Below, piece after piece: positions 1 to 9,184 of a DNA stretch of 64,000 nt. The notes under the pieces were generated by a model. The model saw only the letters and a list, made by a program, of their open reading frames with translations, did no database searches and had not been told where the DNA came from. Position 1 is the stretch's first letter. The number at the start of each line of letters is the position of its first letter. A program made the translations under genes and the position numbers. The stretch comes from Minisyncoccota bacterium (lineage in GTDB: Bacteria; Patescibacteriota; Minisyncoccia; Phycocordibacterales; UBA1006), in the NCBI GenBank assembly GCA_021734445.1, contig JAIPIY010000001.1, positions 31,849 through 95,848 on the forward strand. Direction: 5' to 3'.

Positions 1-476
1 ATACGTTGGCACAGACTCCGTTAGAACCATTGGTTGATGATATTATTACTGAATTCCTTCTCGAAGCACGATCACGAAATATCACCATCAAAACAGAGCA
101 CGAAAACGAAGATACCAACATTCACACCGACCAATCAAAATTACGTATCGTACTACAAAACTTGATTGAAAACGGAATTAAATACACCCCCGAAGGTGGC
201 AATATTATTATCCACACATCAAATGATTCCAGCCATATCATTATCACCGTTTCTGACAACGGTATTGGAATTCCCAACACAGATCATGAGCAAATTTTCA
301 GTAAATTCTTTCGTGCATCCAATGCAGAAAGCCGACATGCACATGGAACAGGATTAGGGTTATTTACTGCAAAGAAAATCATTCAAAAACTAGGTGGAAC
401 CATAACATTTACCAGCAAAGAAGGTGACGGTACTGTATTTACCATTACACTTCCCAAAAAATCTTTGCATGAATAA
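1..476 (+). CDS. Sensor histidine kinase, C-terminal HATPase_c domain (5' end outside window)
   Basis: The translation ends with ...GIGIPNTDHEQIFSKFFRASNAESRHAHGTGLGLFTAKKIIQKLGGTITFTSKEGDGTVFTITLP, the typical G1/G2 ATP-lid motifs of histidine kinases. The frame is open to the window start. Confidence 0.8.
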   Translation, partial: TLAQTPLEPLVDDIITEFLLEARSRNITIKTEHENEDTNIHTDQSKLRIVLQNLIENGIKYTPEGGNIIIHTSNDSSHIIITVSDNGIGIPNTDHEQIFSKFFRASNAESRHAHGTGLGLFTAKKIIQKLGGTITFTSKEGDGTVFTITLPKKSLHE

Positions 477-492
477 CAGTACATGCTATAGT
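465..492 (+). promoter_or_regulatory. Candidate sigma70-like promoter for the receiver gene (TTGCAT-16-TATAGT)
   Basis: TTGCAT at 465-470, a 16-nt spacer, TATAGT at 487-492, 35 nt upstream of the ATG at 527. Sequence only. Confidence 0.3.
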
Positions 493-526
493 ATACAAAG
501 AACAAGAGATAATATATAATAATTTT

Positions 527-904
527 ATGAACGAACAAAAACACATTTTAATGGTTGAGGACGATGACTTTCTACGAGGTCTGGCTGTTACTAAATTACA
601 AGCATCTGGCATGAAAGTAGACACTGCACCTGATGGTGAAGCTGCTATTACCTATTTAACTACACAGGCTCCTGATTTGATTCTGTTGGATCTTATGCTA
701 CCCAACATGAGCGGTTTTGAAGTATTGGAAAAAGTACGTAAAATGGAAAATCAAAAAAACACCAAAGTTATTATCTTTTCTAATCTAGGAGACGAAGCAG
801 ATATTTTGAAAGGACAACAACTGGGCGCTGATGATTACCTGGTAAAAGCCAGCTTTACATTGGATGAATTGGTTGAAAAAATAAACGGAATGATTACTGC
901 ATAG
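527..904 (+). CDS. Stand-alone response regulator receiver (CheY-like) domain
   Basis: ILMVEDDDFLRGL...DLILLDLMLPNMSGFEVLEKVRK: conserved acidic pocket (DD...D) and K of REC domains. 125 aa with no output domain. Confidence 0.8.
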   Translation: MNEQKHILMVEDDDFLRGLAVTKLQASGMKVDTAPDGEAAITYLTTQAPDLILLDLMLPNMSGFEVLEKVRKMENQKNTKVIIFSNLGDEADILKGQQLGADDYLVKASFTLDELVEKINGMITA

Positions 905-926
905 TCGCTCCATATTTTCTTGTTAT

Positions 927-958
927 AAAAGCCTTCGATAACCGAAGGCTTTTATCGT
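927..958 (+). terminator. Rho-independent terminator
   Basis: AAAAGCCTTCG-ATAAC-CGAAGGCTTTTA hairpin plus a T-run directly after the receiver gene stop. Confidence 0.5.
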
Positions 959-988
959 ATGTATATCATGATATACTAATACCATACT

Positions 989-3166
989 ATGCAAACCAAC
1001 TACACATGGAAAACTCCTATTGATTCTTTGTATCGATTGCGCGAACCCCAGACAAAGGCCTTATTGAAATTAGGAATACAGACATTACACGACATACTGT
1101 ATCATTTCCCTTCGCGATATGCGGATATGGGTGGAATAAAAACCATACAGTCATTACAAGATGGAGAATACGCCAGCATCATTGTAAAGATAAAAAAGAT
1201 TGCAACAAAAAAAACATTCAAAAGCAACATCCCCGCAACCGAAGCCACAGTAGAAGATCCCACAGGAACCATGAAGGTAACCTGGTTGCATCAACCCTAT
1301 ATCGCAAAAACACTATTTCCGGAATCGATAGTAAAATTATCAGGAAAAATCAGTATCGCAAAAGGTGTTCCCACTATATTCAATCCATCTCATGAGCCAG
1401 CTGATACCGACATGATGGGCGTTGGATTATTTTCAGAAACTAACGAAATCAAAGAAACGATTATTCCCCTGTACAAAGAAAGCAAAGGCATCACCTCGTT
1501 ATGGTTTCGACACGCATTGGAAAGAATATTCCTTTCTGGTTTTTTAGATACCATTGTAGATCCATTGCCAGAACATATTTTACAGGCGTACAATTTACCT
1601 TCATACAAAACAGCATTTTTGTGGATACACCGACCTCGCGACAGTAAACAATATCAAAGCGCAAAAAAGAGATTTTCTTTTGAAGAAATATTTTTCATCC
1701 AATTAAAATGTCAACAAGACAAAGCGTTGTATGCATCATTGCCAACCTATACGATTGATGTACCAGAAAAATCTATTACTGAATTTGTTGGAACTTTTCC
1801 CTTTACACCTACCGATTCACAAATGAACGCCATATCACAAAGTGTGAATGATTTTCATAAAAACCAACCCATGCTCCGTCTTATCGAAGGTGATGTTGGT
1901 TCGGGAAAAACATTTGTGGCAGCAACATTATCACACGCTATTGTAACCAACAGACCAGCTGGGCAAAATTTTGGAACACTACAGGTGGCGTACATGGCAC
2001 CAACCGAAGTTCTGGCAATGCAATTATTTGAAAACTTTGTGCAATATTTTAAATATTCAGGTATCCAAATTGGTTTAATTACCGGATCAGGATGTCGTAA
2101 ATTCCCCACCAAAGTAGCATCAGCACAACAACCATGGACCAGTATTTCTCGTCCTCAATTATTGAAATGGGTAAAAAGCGGAGAAATTGCCATTGTGGTT
2201 GGGACGCATGCGTTGATACAAAAATCTGTTGCGTTTAAGCATTTGGCATTGGTTATTATTGATGAGCAACATCGGTTCGGAACACAGCAACGATTATCAT
2301 TGGCAAAAAAGGAAGGTCGTGCTCCACATTTTCTGTCCATGACCGCAACACCCATTCCCCGCACATTAGCATTAACCATGTACGGAGATTTAGATTTATC
2401 AGTAATAGACCAAATGCCATCCGGTAGAAAGCAAGTAGAGACGAAAATCATTACTCCAAATAAACGTGAAGACGTATACAAAGCAATCCGATCAGAATTA
2501 CAACAAGGTCGTCAGTTGTATGTTATTTGCCCACGTATCGACGAACCAGATGAAACTGTGGCAACTACGTTACAATTAAAATCCGTAAAAGAAGAAGCTA
2601 AACGACTGCAACAAAATATCTTTCCTGAATATACTGTAGATATCATGCACAGTAAAATGACCCCAGCGGACAAAGAAGAAACCATGAAACAGTTTTCCAA
2701 TCATGACATCGATATTTTGGTGTCTACATCGGTTGTCGAAGTGGGTGTAAACGTACCTAACGCAACCATGATTATCATCGAGGGTGCCGAACGATTTGGA
2801 TTGGCACAATTGCATCAGTTGCGCGGACGTGTGCAACGTAGCGAACATCAACCCTATTGTTATTTATTTACCTCTGAATCAAATGGAAAAAACCAAAAAA
2901 CATCCGATCGGCTGCAAGCATTTTTAAAAGCCAAAAATGGTTTTGAATTAGCTGAATTAGATTTGGAATTGCGTGGTACAGGAGATTTAATTGGATCAAA
3001 ACAATGGGGTATTTCTGATATTGGTATGGATGCAATCAAAAATATCAAAATGGTAGAAATCGCCCGTGAAGAAGCGAAAAAAATTATAGAACAAGATACC
3101 CATCTGCAACAGCACCCCCTATTGCGAGAAAGATTAGAAAATAAAAAAGAAATGCATTTTGAATAA
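989..3166 (+). CDS. recG: ATP-dependent DNA helicase RecG
   Basis: 725 aa. N-terminal wedge region, Walker A GDVGSGKT, DEQH box (IIDEQHRFG), helicase C-terminal motifs (QLHQLRGRVQR). Confidence 0.9.
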   Translation: MQTNYTWKTPIDSLYRLREPQTKALLKLGIQTLHDILYHFPSRYADMGGIKTIQSLQDGEYASIIVKIKKIATKKTFKSNIPATEATVEDPTGTMKVTWLHQPYIAKTLFPESIVKLSGKISIAKGVPTIFNPSHEPADTDMMGVGLFSETNEIKETIIPLYKESKGITSLWFRHALERIFLSGFLDTIVDPLPEHILQAYNLPSYKTAFLWIHRPRDSKQYQSAKKRFSFEEIFFIQLKCQQDKALYASLPTYTIDVPEKSITEFVGTFPFTPTDSQMNAISQSVNDFHKNQPMLRLIEGDVGSGKTFVAATLSHAIVTNRPAGQNFGTLQVAYMAPTEVLAMQLFENFVQYFKYSGIQIGLITGSGCRKFPTKVASAQQPWTSISRPQLLKWVKSGEIAIVVGTHALIQKSVAFKHLALVIIDEQHRFGTQQRLSLAKKEGRAPHFLSMTATPIPRTLALTMYGDLDLSVIDQMPSGRKQVETKIITPNKREDVYKAIRSELQQGRQLYVICPRIDEPDETVATTLQLKSVKEEAKRLQQNIFPEYTVDIMHSKMTPADKEETMKQFSNHDIDILVSTSVVEVGVNVPNATMIIIEGAERFGLAQLHQLRGRVQRSEHQPYCYLFTSESNGKNQKTSDRLQAFLKAKNGFELAELDLELRGTGDLIGSKQWGISDIGMDAIKNIKMVEIAREEAKKIIEQDTHLQQHPLLRERLENKKEMHFE

Positions 3167-3170
3167 ATAA

Positions 3171-3197
3171 TAAAACCACCCTTCCTGGGTGGTTTTA
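3171..3197. terminator. Bidirectional terminator between convergent genes
   Basis: AAAACCACCC-TTCCT-GGGTGGTTTT. Confidence 0.5.
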
Positions 3198-3215
3198 TTA
3201 TTGTTATTTATTTTG

Positions 3216-4022
3216 TTATTGAAGAAAAATGGGACTGGCGTCAGTACAACCATTTGCAAGTTGATACACTGTCCATGTTCCATCTGGTCTAAATTCTCCT
3301 TTTACACATTTTCCATTATACCAACCAGAAATTGCTAGTACGCTAATATTCACAGGCTTATCCAGGGTAGTTAATTTATTTACAACATCCGGTTTAGCTA
3401 TTGCATTCACACCAGGGATATCTTTACTCCATGAAGTACCATAAAATGCAACTAATGTTTTTGGACCTAATATTCCGTCAGCTACTAATCCTTTTGATTG
3501 CTGAAATGCAGAAACAGCAGCAGACATTCCTCGTCCATAAATTCCATCTAATGTTCCGCTATAAAATCCATTTGATTGAAGAAATTTTTGTATTGAAAGA
3601 ACCCGATCACCACGTGCACCTGGACGCAATGTTTCTATAGAATCAGATGTTGCCATATCTATAACAACATTAACAGAAGGATTTATAGGAGATGCAGTTC
3701 GGCTCATGATTGTCCACGATGGACAATCTGTTGGATGATTATTACATTCAATTTCGGTTACAATATCACCAACACAAATACTATTCACGACAGTGCCAGT
3801 ACAATAGGTCAATCCAGTTGATGATTCTGGTGGTACAGAAACTGTTGTCTGAGTAGTTGTTTGGTTCGCTACTAACCCACCCAATTGTATACGAATAGAT
3901 TCTATTTGATTAGCTATGGATTGCAACACACTTGCTTCGGTATTAGATTCTGCCAAAGCAATACCTCCATATGAAAATAAAAATACAAAAACGAGAAAAC
4001 TTGTACATATAATTTTTTTCAT
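3216..4022 (-). CDS. Secreted Cys-rich protein with peptidoglycan-binding (PG_binding_1) domain
   Basis: Signal peptide MKKIICTSFLVFVFLFSYGGIALA (start at the internal Met; the ORF track extends to 4103). PG-binding repeat ...GARGDRVLSIQKFLQSNGFYSGTLDGIYGRGMSAAVSAFQQSKGLVADGILGPKTL. Confidence 0.6.
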   Translation of the reverse strand: MKKIICTSFLVFVFLFSYGGIALAESNTEASVLQSIANQIESIRIQLGGLVANQTTTQTTVSVPPESSTGLTYCTGTVVNSICVGDIVTEIECNNHPTDCPSWTIMSRTASPINPSVNVVIDMATSDSIETLRPGARGDRVLSIQKFLQSNGFYSGTLDGIYGRGMSAAVSAFQQSKGLVADGILGPKTLVAFYGTSWSKDIPGVNAIAKPDVVNKLTTLDKPVNISVLAISGWYNGKCVKGEFRPDGTWTVYQLANGCTDASPIFLQ

Positions 4023-4106
4023 ACTTTTTAAATTATTAAACTCATAAAAGCACCAATATGTATAGTATACCGTCAATAGAGAAACAAAGCTAATCCTATA
4101 CAAGGA

Positions 4107-4499
4107 TTATTTCTTTAACGAATCCCGGATTTCACGTAATAATAGAGTATCTTCAGCTGGTGTTTTTTGCTGATTTAATTCTACGTGTTTCAATTTATTG
4201 ATACCTTTTACCAAAATAAAAATAGCAAAAGCGACAATCACAAATTGAATAGAAGTATTTAAAAACATTCCGTAATTCAAAGAAATAGCTGCATTAGTTT
4301 CTGTCGCTTGTTTCAAAATAATCACTTTGTCAGAAAAATCAACATTTCCTGATAATAAACCCAAGGGTGGCATAATAATATCATCTACTAATGAAGTTAC
4401 AATTTTCCCAAAAGCACCACCAATAACCACCCCGACAGCCAAATCAATAGCATTACCTTTTACTGCGAACTTTTTGAATTCTTCTATAAAATTTTTCAT
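4107..4499 (-). CDS. mscL: Large-conductance mechanosensitive channel MscL
   Basis: [49 protein letters not shown]: canonical MscL N-terminus and TM1. 130 aa. Confidence 0.85.
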   Translation of the reverse strand: MKNFIEEFKKFAVKGNAIDLAVGVVIGGAFGKIVTSLVDDIIMPPLGLLSGNVDFSDKVIILKQATETNAAISLNYGMFLNTSIQFVIVAFAIFILVKGINKLKHVELNQQKTPAEDTLLLREIRDSLKK

Positions 4500-4539
4500 A
4501 CCTTTACAATAAGGGATTGCATTTCAAAAGTCAAAGTGA

Positions 4540-4860
4540 TATTGTATTTACAAGTGAATATTTGTTCGTTCATTGACAGTTACTTGCGTCAAATTGGTTC
4601 TTGGCGATGACAAAGAGGTAATCTTTCCTTTCTGGCCCAGGTACGCCCGCTAAGTACTTAATGTATTCACGGGAAACTACTTCGTTGTCAAAATTTTGAA
4701 CCACACAAACCAACTAAACCTCGAAATGAGGTAGGATTTCGGATTAGATTCATGTGACACATAGGTAATCCTCCGTTACGCCAAACAAACGCCCCAGCCT
4801 TTGCTGACATGTTCCCCGCGAACATGATTCCGCAAGGTGGGGTCTTTTTTTTTATTGAAA
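4540..4860 (+). ncRNA. Candidate structured non-coding RNA of unknown family, ending in an intrinsic terminator
   Basis: A 390-bp ORF-free gap. The plus strand ends with nested hairpins (CATGTTC-CCCGC-GAACATG inside CCCCAGCCTTTGC...GCAAGGTGGGG) followed by T9 at about 4790-4858. I found no match to tmRNA, RNase P or SRP consensus by eye. Confidence 0.25.
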
Positions 4861-4890
4861 AATAGGATACAATCATTATGTTCTTTATTT

Positions 4891-4964
4891 CCGCCCTTAG
4901 CTCAGTTGGTTAGAGCACAGAGCTTATACCTCTGGGGTCCATGGTTCGAGTCCATGAGGGCGGA
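4891..4964 (+). tRNA. tRNA-Ile with anticodon UAU (tRNA-Ile2 lineage, CAU->UAU)
   Basis: Cloverleaf: acceptor CCGCCCT/AGGGCGG, D-arm GCTC-AGTTGGTTA-GAGC, anticodon stem CAGAG/CTCTG with loop CTTATAC (U33, anticodon T34-A35-T36, A37), T-arm CATGG-TTCGAGT-CCATG, discriminator A. The D-arm and acceptor closely resemble E. coli tRNA-Ile2. No CCA is encoded. Confidence 0.8.
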
Positions 4965-5072
4965 CAAAGCATAGGACATCTTGTCCGATCCATAGCGTGA
5001 CGACGCGAGACGGGCTCGCGCAAAAATTCACCAGAATTTTATATGTGAGAGCAAACAAATACTACTAATCAT

Positions 5073-5100
5073 AAAAACCGCCAGATATCTGGCGGTTTTT
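5073..5100. terminator. Bidirectional terminator (tRNA / ftsH)
   Basis: AAAAACCGCCAGAT-ATCTGGCGGTTTTT, a perfect palindrome. Confidence 0.6.
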
Positions 5101-5109
5101 ATGATTGTA

Positions 5110-7035
5110 TTAATCTTTTTTCACAGCATCTTCTTTCTTCTCTCGTTTTTTAGGATGAATCCCATGTGCACGAATGATTGTATCATATGCATCTTGTTCC
5201 AGTGTTTCTACATCCAACAATGCTTCGGCAACTGCATCTAATGCTTTTCGATGTTCGGTTAACACCATCTGTGCACGTGCCATTGCTTCGGACATGATGC
5301 GAGATACTTCGGAATCAATAATCGATTCTGTTCTTTCAGAATGTGGTCGTCCGTCAACTCCGGGACCAAATAAGGCACGCCCATCATTTCCTTCTAATGC
5401 AATTGGACCAATCAAATCTGACATACCCCATTTAGTAACCATACTACGTGCCAAACGTGATGACACTTGTAAATCATTTGATGGACCAGTAGTTACATCT
5501 CCAAAAATCATTTTTTCAGTAACATACCCGCCTAATGACATTGCAATATCATCTAAAAATTCTGCGCGTTTTTGTAATTTCTTTTCTTCAAGTGGTAATT
5601 TCATGGTGTACCCACCTGCGCGACCACGTGCCACAATAGATACCTTGTGGACAGGGTCAGCATCTGGTAATACTGATGCAACAATTGCGTGCCCTGCTTC
5701 GTGATATGCAGTGATTCTTTTTTCTTCTGGAGAGAACAGATGGCTTTTTCGTTCTGGACCAATCATAACCTTTTCGATAGAGCGAATCAAATCAAACTGA
5801 GATACCTGGGTTCGCTCTTCACGTGCCGCTAAAATAGCACCTTCGTTCATCAATGAATACAAATCCGCCCCAGAAAATCCTGGTGTTCTTTCTGCGATCA
5901 CCACCAAATTTACATCTTCTGCTAGTGGCTTTTTACGTGCATGAATATTTAATATTTCTTCGCGGTCTCGTCGGTCTGGAAGATCCAACATAACGCGTCG
6001 ATCAAAACGCCCTGGTCGTAATAATGCAGGATCCAATACATCTCCACGGTTGGTTGCTGCTATAACGATTACTTTTTCGTTTGGATCAAAACCATCCATT
6101 TCTACCAAAATTTGGTTCAATGTTTGTTCACGTTCATCATTTCCACCCCCTGTTCCCACACCACGAGACCGCCCTACGGCATCGATTTCATCGATAAAAA
6201 TAATTGAAGGAGAAGCTTTTTTTGCCATAGCAAATAAATCACGAACACGACTGGCACCAACACCAACAAACATTTCTACGAATTCAGAACCAGACAAATG
6301 GAAAAACGGAACTTTTGCTTCGCCAGCAACTGCACGCGCCAACAATGTTTTTCCTGTTCCAGGATCCCCCATCAACAAAACACCTTTTGGAATTTCTGCA
6401 CCAATATCAAGAAATTTCTTTGGGTTTCGCAAAAAATCAACAACTTCTTCTAATTCTTGTTTTGCTTCGCGATTACCTGCAACATCTTTGAATGTGATTT
6501 TTTGTTTCGATGGGTCTGTGATGCGAGCCTTTGATTGACCAAATGTAAACGCTTGCATTCCCCCTGCACCTTTTACCTGACGTGATAAAAACCAAAAGAT
6601 TAATAAAATAAAAATAATTGGGAATAAGATTGGTGCCAAATTCATCAACCAGTATCCAAACCCGCTTTCATTTTTTACTTCAATAACTACGTTTTCCAAA
6701 TCATCTTGGGATACGCCATAATTAACCAGCGTTTCTGACAATGATGATTCACGTTCTTTTTTTGCAACTGCCTCTGTTTCATCTGCTAATGTTACCGATA
6801 ATTTATCACCCTGCACGATGATTTTTTCTACTTCCCCAGAGCGCACTTGTTGTGCTACCCATGATACAGAAACTTCTTCGGGTTTATTTTGTTCGCCTCC
6901 GAATGTTGTGTATAAAAATGATAACAGCACAAAAAATACTAAAATTGAAAGAAAATGTTGAAGAAAATTAATACCAGGTTTCCCTGGACCCTTCTTTTTC
7001 TTCATATTCTTATTGATGTTATTAAAAAATTTCAT
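5110..7035 (-). CDS. ftsH: ATP-dependent zinc metalloprotease FtsH
   Basis: 641 aa. N-terminal TM helices, Walker [27 protein letters not shown] region, zinc motif HEAGHA. Confidence 0.95.
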   Translation of the reverse strand: MKFFNNINKNMKKKKGPGKPGINFLQHFLSILVFFVLLSFLYTTFGGEQNKPEEVSVSWVAQQVRSGEVEKIIVQGDKLSVTLADETEAVAKKERESSLSETLVNYGVSQDDLENVVIEVKNESGFGYWLMNLAPILFPIIFILLIFWFLSRQVKGAGGMQAFTFGQSKARITDPSKQKITFKDVAGNREAKQELEEVVDFLRNPKKFLDIGAEIPKGVLLMGDPGTGKTLLARAVAGEAKVPFFHLSGSEFVEMFVGVGASRVRDLFAMAKKASPSIIFIDEIDAVGRSRGVGTGGGNDEREQTLNQILVEMDGFDPNEKVIVIAATNRGDVLDPALLRPGRFDRRVMLDLPDRRDREEILNIHARKKPLAEDVNLVVIAERTPGFSGADLYSLMNEGAILAAREERTQVSQFDLIRSIEKVMIGPERKSHLFSPEEKRITAYHEAGHAIVASVLPDADPVHKVSIVARGRAGGYTMKLPLEEKKLQKRAEFLDDIAMSLGGYVTEKMIFGDVTTGPSNDLQVSSRLARSMVTKWGMSDLIGPIALEGNDGRALFGPGVDGRPHSERTESIIDSEVSRIMSEAMARAQMVLTEHRKALDAVAEALLDVETLEQDAYDTIIRAHGIHPKKREKKEDAVKKD

Positions 7036-7086
7036 ATAGGGTTCATTATACGCTGAACCGATAACAAAGACAAATTATAAATTCTC

Positions 7087-7094
7087 TGTATAAT
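7087..7094 (+). promoter_or_regulatory. Extended -10 element (TGTATAAT) immediately upstream of smpB; possibly a leaderless transcript
   Basis: TGTATAAT at 7087-7094. The smpB ATG at 7102 lies about 7 nt downstream and there is no SD. Confidence 0.3.
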
Positions 7095-7101
7095 AGAGAA
7101 G

Positions 7102-7548
7102 ATGACAACGTTTATCAACCACAAACAAGCCGGCTTTCATTATGAAATATTGGAAACCTTTGAAATGGGTATCCAACTGGTGGGTACCGAAGTAAAAGCT
7201 ATCAAAAAAGGTCATGGCAGATTAACTGGTTCGCATGTATCGTTTTTGGGAAACGAGGTTTTTTTGATTGGGGCAGATATCCCAGCATGGCAGATTAACA
7301 ATGCGCCTGCTGGATATAATCCCCTTCGCCCCCGTAAATTATTGTTACGCGCAAAAGAAATTCAAAGATTGCAAAAATTAAAACAATCTCAGGGTTTGAC
7401 ATTGATACCAATTTCAATGTATAATAAAGGAGATCTCGTAAAGATATCTATTGCGTTGGCACGTGGAAAGAAAAAACATGATAAACGTGAATCAATCAAA
7501 AAACGAGATACCGAACGAGATATAGGAAGAAAACTGAAAGGACGTTAA
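7102..7548 (+). CDS. smpB: SsrA-binding protein SmpB
   Basis: 148 aa. GFHYEILETFEMGIQLVGTEVKAI...GADIPAWQ...GYNPLRPRKLLLRAKEIQRL, a typical SmpB, with a basic C-terminal tail. Confidence 0.9.
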   Translation: MTTFINHKQAGFHYEILETFEMGIQLVGTEVKAIKKGHGRLTGSHVSFLGNEVFLIGADIPAWQINNAPAGYNPLRPRKLLLRAKEIQRLQKLKQSQGLTLIPISMYNKGDLVKISIALARGKKKHDKRESIKKRDTERDIGRKLKGR

Positions 7549-7560
7549 CAACTACATATT

Positions 7561-7941
7561 GGGGATGATCGGTATTGACAGGAGGATTCGTTGCATATGC
7601 TGCGTATCGAGCTCGTCTAACTCGTATAACTGGACGAACACTTCAAGTGCAAACTCACTTGGTATCAAATCTCCGTATTTCGCGGGATTTGCTCCAGCGT
7701 ACGCATAATCGCGATGGCTGGTGTCGACACAAACAAGAGTCTCATAGTTTGTCGTTCGGCATAATATTCTGAGGCTGTGTCTATGTACGCGCTTTGATAC
7801 ATAGTCAAGATATAAAAGCTCGATGTGTGCATGTTTTGTCTGTTTCGGACATGTACATATTTAAATTAAAGAAATAGACTACATACTGTAGATTGTATGT
7901 GCACACCTACCTACACGGGGGTTCGATTCCCCCCATCTCCA
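7561..7941 (+). ncRNA. ssrA: tmRNA (ssrA)
   Basis: 5' GGGGATGATCGGTATTGACAGG (compare E. coli GGGGCTGATTCTGGATTCGACGG). 3' tRNA-like end GGGGGTTCGATTCCCCCCATCTCC-A: acceptor GGGGATG/CATCTCC with a G3-U70 pair, T-arm GGGGG-TTCGATT-CCCCC. Candidate resume codon GCA at 7649 (nt 89), ORF GCA AAC ... GCA TAA. Located directly after smpB. Confidence 0.85.
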
Positions 7942-7946
7942 CGAGT

Positions 7947-7977
7947 TAAAAAAGAAACGCGAAAGCGTTTCTTTTTG
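7947..7977. terminator. Bidirectional terminator after ssrA
   Basis: AAAAAAGAAACGC-GAAA-GCGTTTCTTTTT. Confidence 0.55.
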
Positions 7978-7986
7978 TTTACGAGT

Positions 7987-8277
7987 GCGAGATGGGGGGA
8001 ATCGAACCGAGGGTGCGCGAAGCCGGACGATAGTCCGTGCACCCGAGTGGGGGTCGAGCGAATGAGATGTTTTATAATCCGCCAACTGGCGGAGAAATAA
8101 AATATCCATGAGAGTGACCGATTCCCTTTTATTTACTTTCGAGGGGAATCGAAAGGCGTAGGTCGCGAAGCCAATTTTCGTAGAAAATTGATGACCGAGC
8201 CAGGGTCGTGAGCACATATTTTTAACGAACGAAGAGAGTATAAAAATAGTGACTCCTGACCGATTTCCCCACTCTTT
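7987..8277. repeat. Cluster of degenerate copies of the ssrA 3' end (two inverted, two direct); possible relic att sites
   Basis: Minus-strand copies: ...CACCCTCGGTTCGATTCCCCCCATCTCGCA (plus 7989-8016) and ...CGCGACCTACGCCTTTCGATTCCCCTCG (plus 8141-8170), each next to a GGCTTCGCG(C)ACC unit. Plus-strand copies GTGACCGATTCCCTTTT (8114-8130) and GACCGATTTCCCCACTC (8258-8276). Compare the genuine ssrA end GGTTCGATTCCCCCCATCTCC. No ORF is supported here; the ORFs 7879..8310 (-) and 7897..8100 (+) overlap these RNA-like repeats. Confidence 0.45.
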
Positions 8278-8710
8278 ATAACCGTTTACAAAAACCGCCC
8301 TCTCCTCCAAACAAACTTGAAATAGAAGAACACATATACGAAGGTTTATACCAATTTAATTGCGTATTTATCCATGAAGCTGGTCTCATATAAAAATTAA
8401 GTGCGGAATTCTCCGTAATTTTATCAATTTCTACTTTATTCTTTTCATAGTTTTCTTTAGATAAATAACAACCCATTGGGGTCTGTATCTTACGACCTCC
8501 AGTTGTCGCCCCTTTATAATATCCATTCATCTCATTACAAATCTCTCGATGTCCATGGCTTTGAATTAAACTGATGACAAGTACAAGAAAAAATAAGCAA
8601 AAAAACATAAAACAAAAAGATTGTATAATTTTCTGTCTTCTTGAAAGCCCGGCGAACCATACTTTACATTCTCTAATAAATGACGTTTCCATATATTTAT
8701 ATGGTAGCAC
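8276..8710 (-). CDS. Hypothetical small membrane protein
   Basis: ORF with one hydrophobic helix (FCFMFFCLFFLVLVISLI). Its 3' end overlaps the repeat cluster and the start is uncertain. Confidence 0.3.
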   Translation of the reverse strand: MLPYKYMETSFIRECKVWFAGLSRRQKIIQSFCFMFFCLFFLVLVISLIQSHGHREICNEMNGYYKGATTGGRKIQTPMGCYLSKENYEKNKVEIDKITENSALNFYMRPASWINTQLNWYKPSYMCSSISSLFGGEGGFCKRL

Positions 8711-8770
8711 TAGAATGACTTTTTTTCTATTACACTAGAAATCCAAATCAAAAAATGTATAATACTATCA

Positions 8771-9184
8771 ATGAAATCACTAATCTTGCATTGCTCAAAA
8801 TTCAATTCAGAATTCAAGAGTCTTGCCACAAGACCAAAGAATATAGAACCGGAAACGGTTAACCAAACAAAATGGGAACACAATGAATCTGTGGTTGCCC
8901 TTATTACTGTAGAAAAAGAAGACAATATAGAAACCATTTCTAGCCAGATGGCTGAAGAACTTAAAAATATTCTTAAAGATTTAGGTAAAGAAAGTTTAGT
9001 TATTGTTCCATTTGCACATCTCTCAAATAATATAGCAGACCATAGAAGTGCCTTGAGTTTTTTAGATTTATTGGAAGATAAATTAAAAGGATTTAAAATA
9101 TCACGCGTTCATTTTGGATCGCATAAATCGCTATTACTAGATATACCTGGTCATGTCGGTAATGTAAGATTTAGAGAATTTTAA
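8771..9184 (+). CDS. Hypothetical protein
   Basis: 137-aa ORF. Its stop overlaps the start of the downstream methyltransferase (TAATG), suggesting translational coupling. Confidence 0.4.
   Translation: MKSLILHCSKFNSEFKSLATRPKNIEPETVNQTKWEHNESVVALITVEKEDNIETISSQMAEELKNILKDLGKESLVIVPFAHLSNNIADHRSALSFLDLLEDKLKGFKISRVHFGSHKSLLLDIPGHVGNVRFREF

Noticed and set aside
4688-4876. 62-aa minus-strand ORF in the mscL-tRNA gap
   Set aside because: It runs through a nested hairpin plus T9 terminator structure and has low-complexity translation. It is more likely non-coding.
5174-6538. Antisense ORFs inside ftsH (5174..5704 +, 6050..6538 +), and similar antisense ORFs inside recG, the surface proteins, mur genes and elsewhere
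   Set aside because: They are the opposite strand of well-supported long genes, with biased low-complexity translations. These are typical shadow ORFs.
7987-8016. Inverted ssrA-like sequence considered as a possible tRNA gene on the minus strand (GGTTCGATTCCCC... T-loop-like)
   Set aside because: It cannot be folded into a cloverleaf. The T-stem partner is CTCGG rather than GGGGG, and there is no anticodon arm or complementary acceptor 5' strand. I interpreted it as a decayed ssrA 3' copy.
7575-8310. ORFs 7575..7772 (+), 7897..8100 (+) and 7879..8310 (-) from the six-frame track
   Set aside because: They lie entirely within tmRNA or the ssrA-like repeat cluster. They have no motifs, and the RNA features explain the sequence better.
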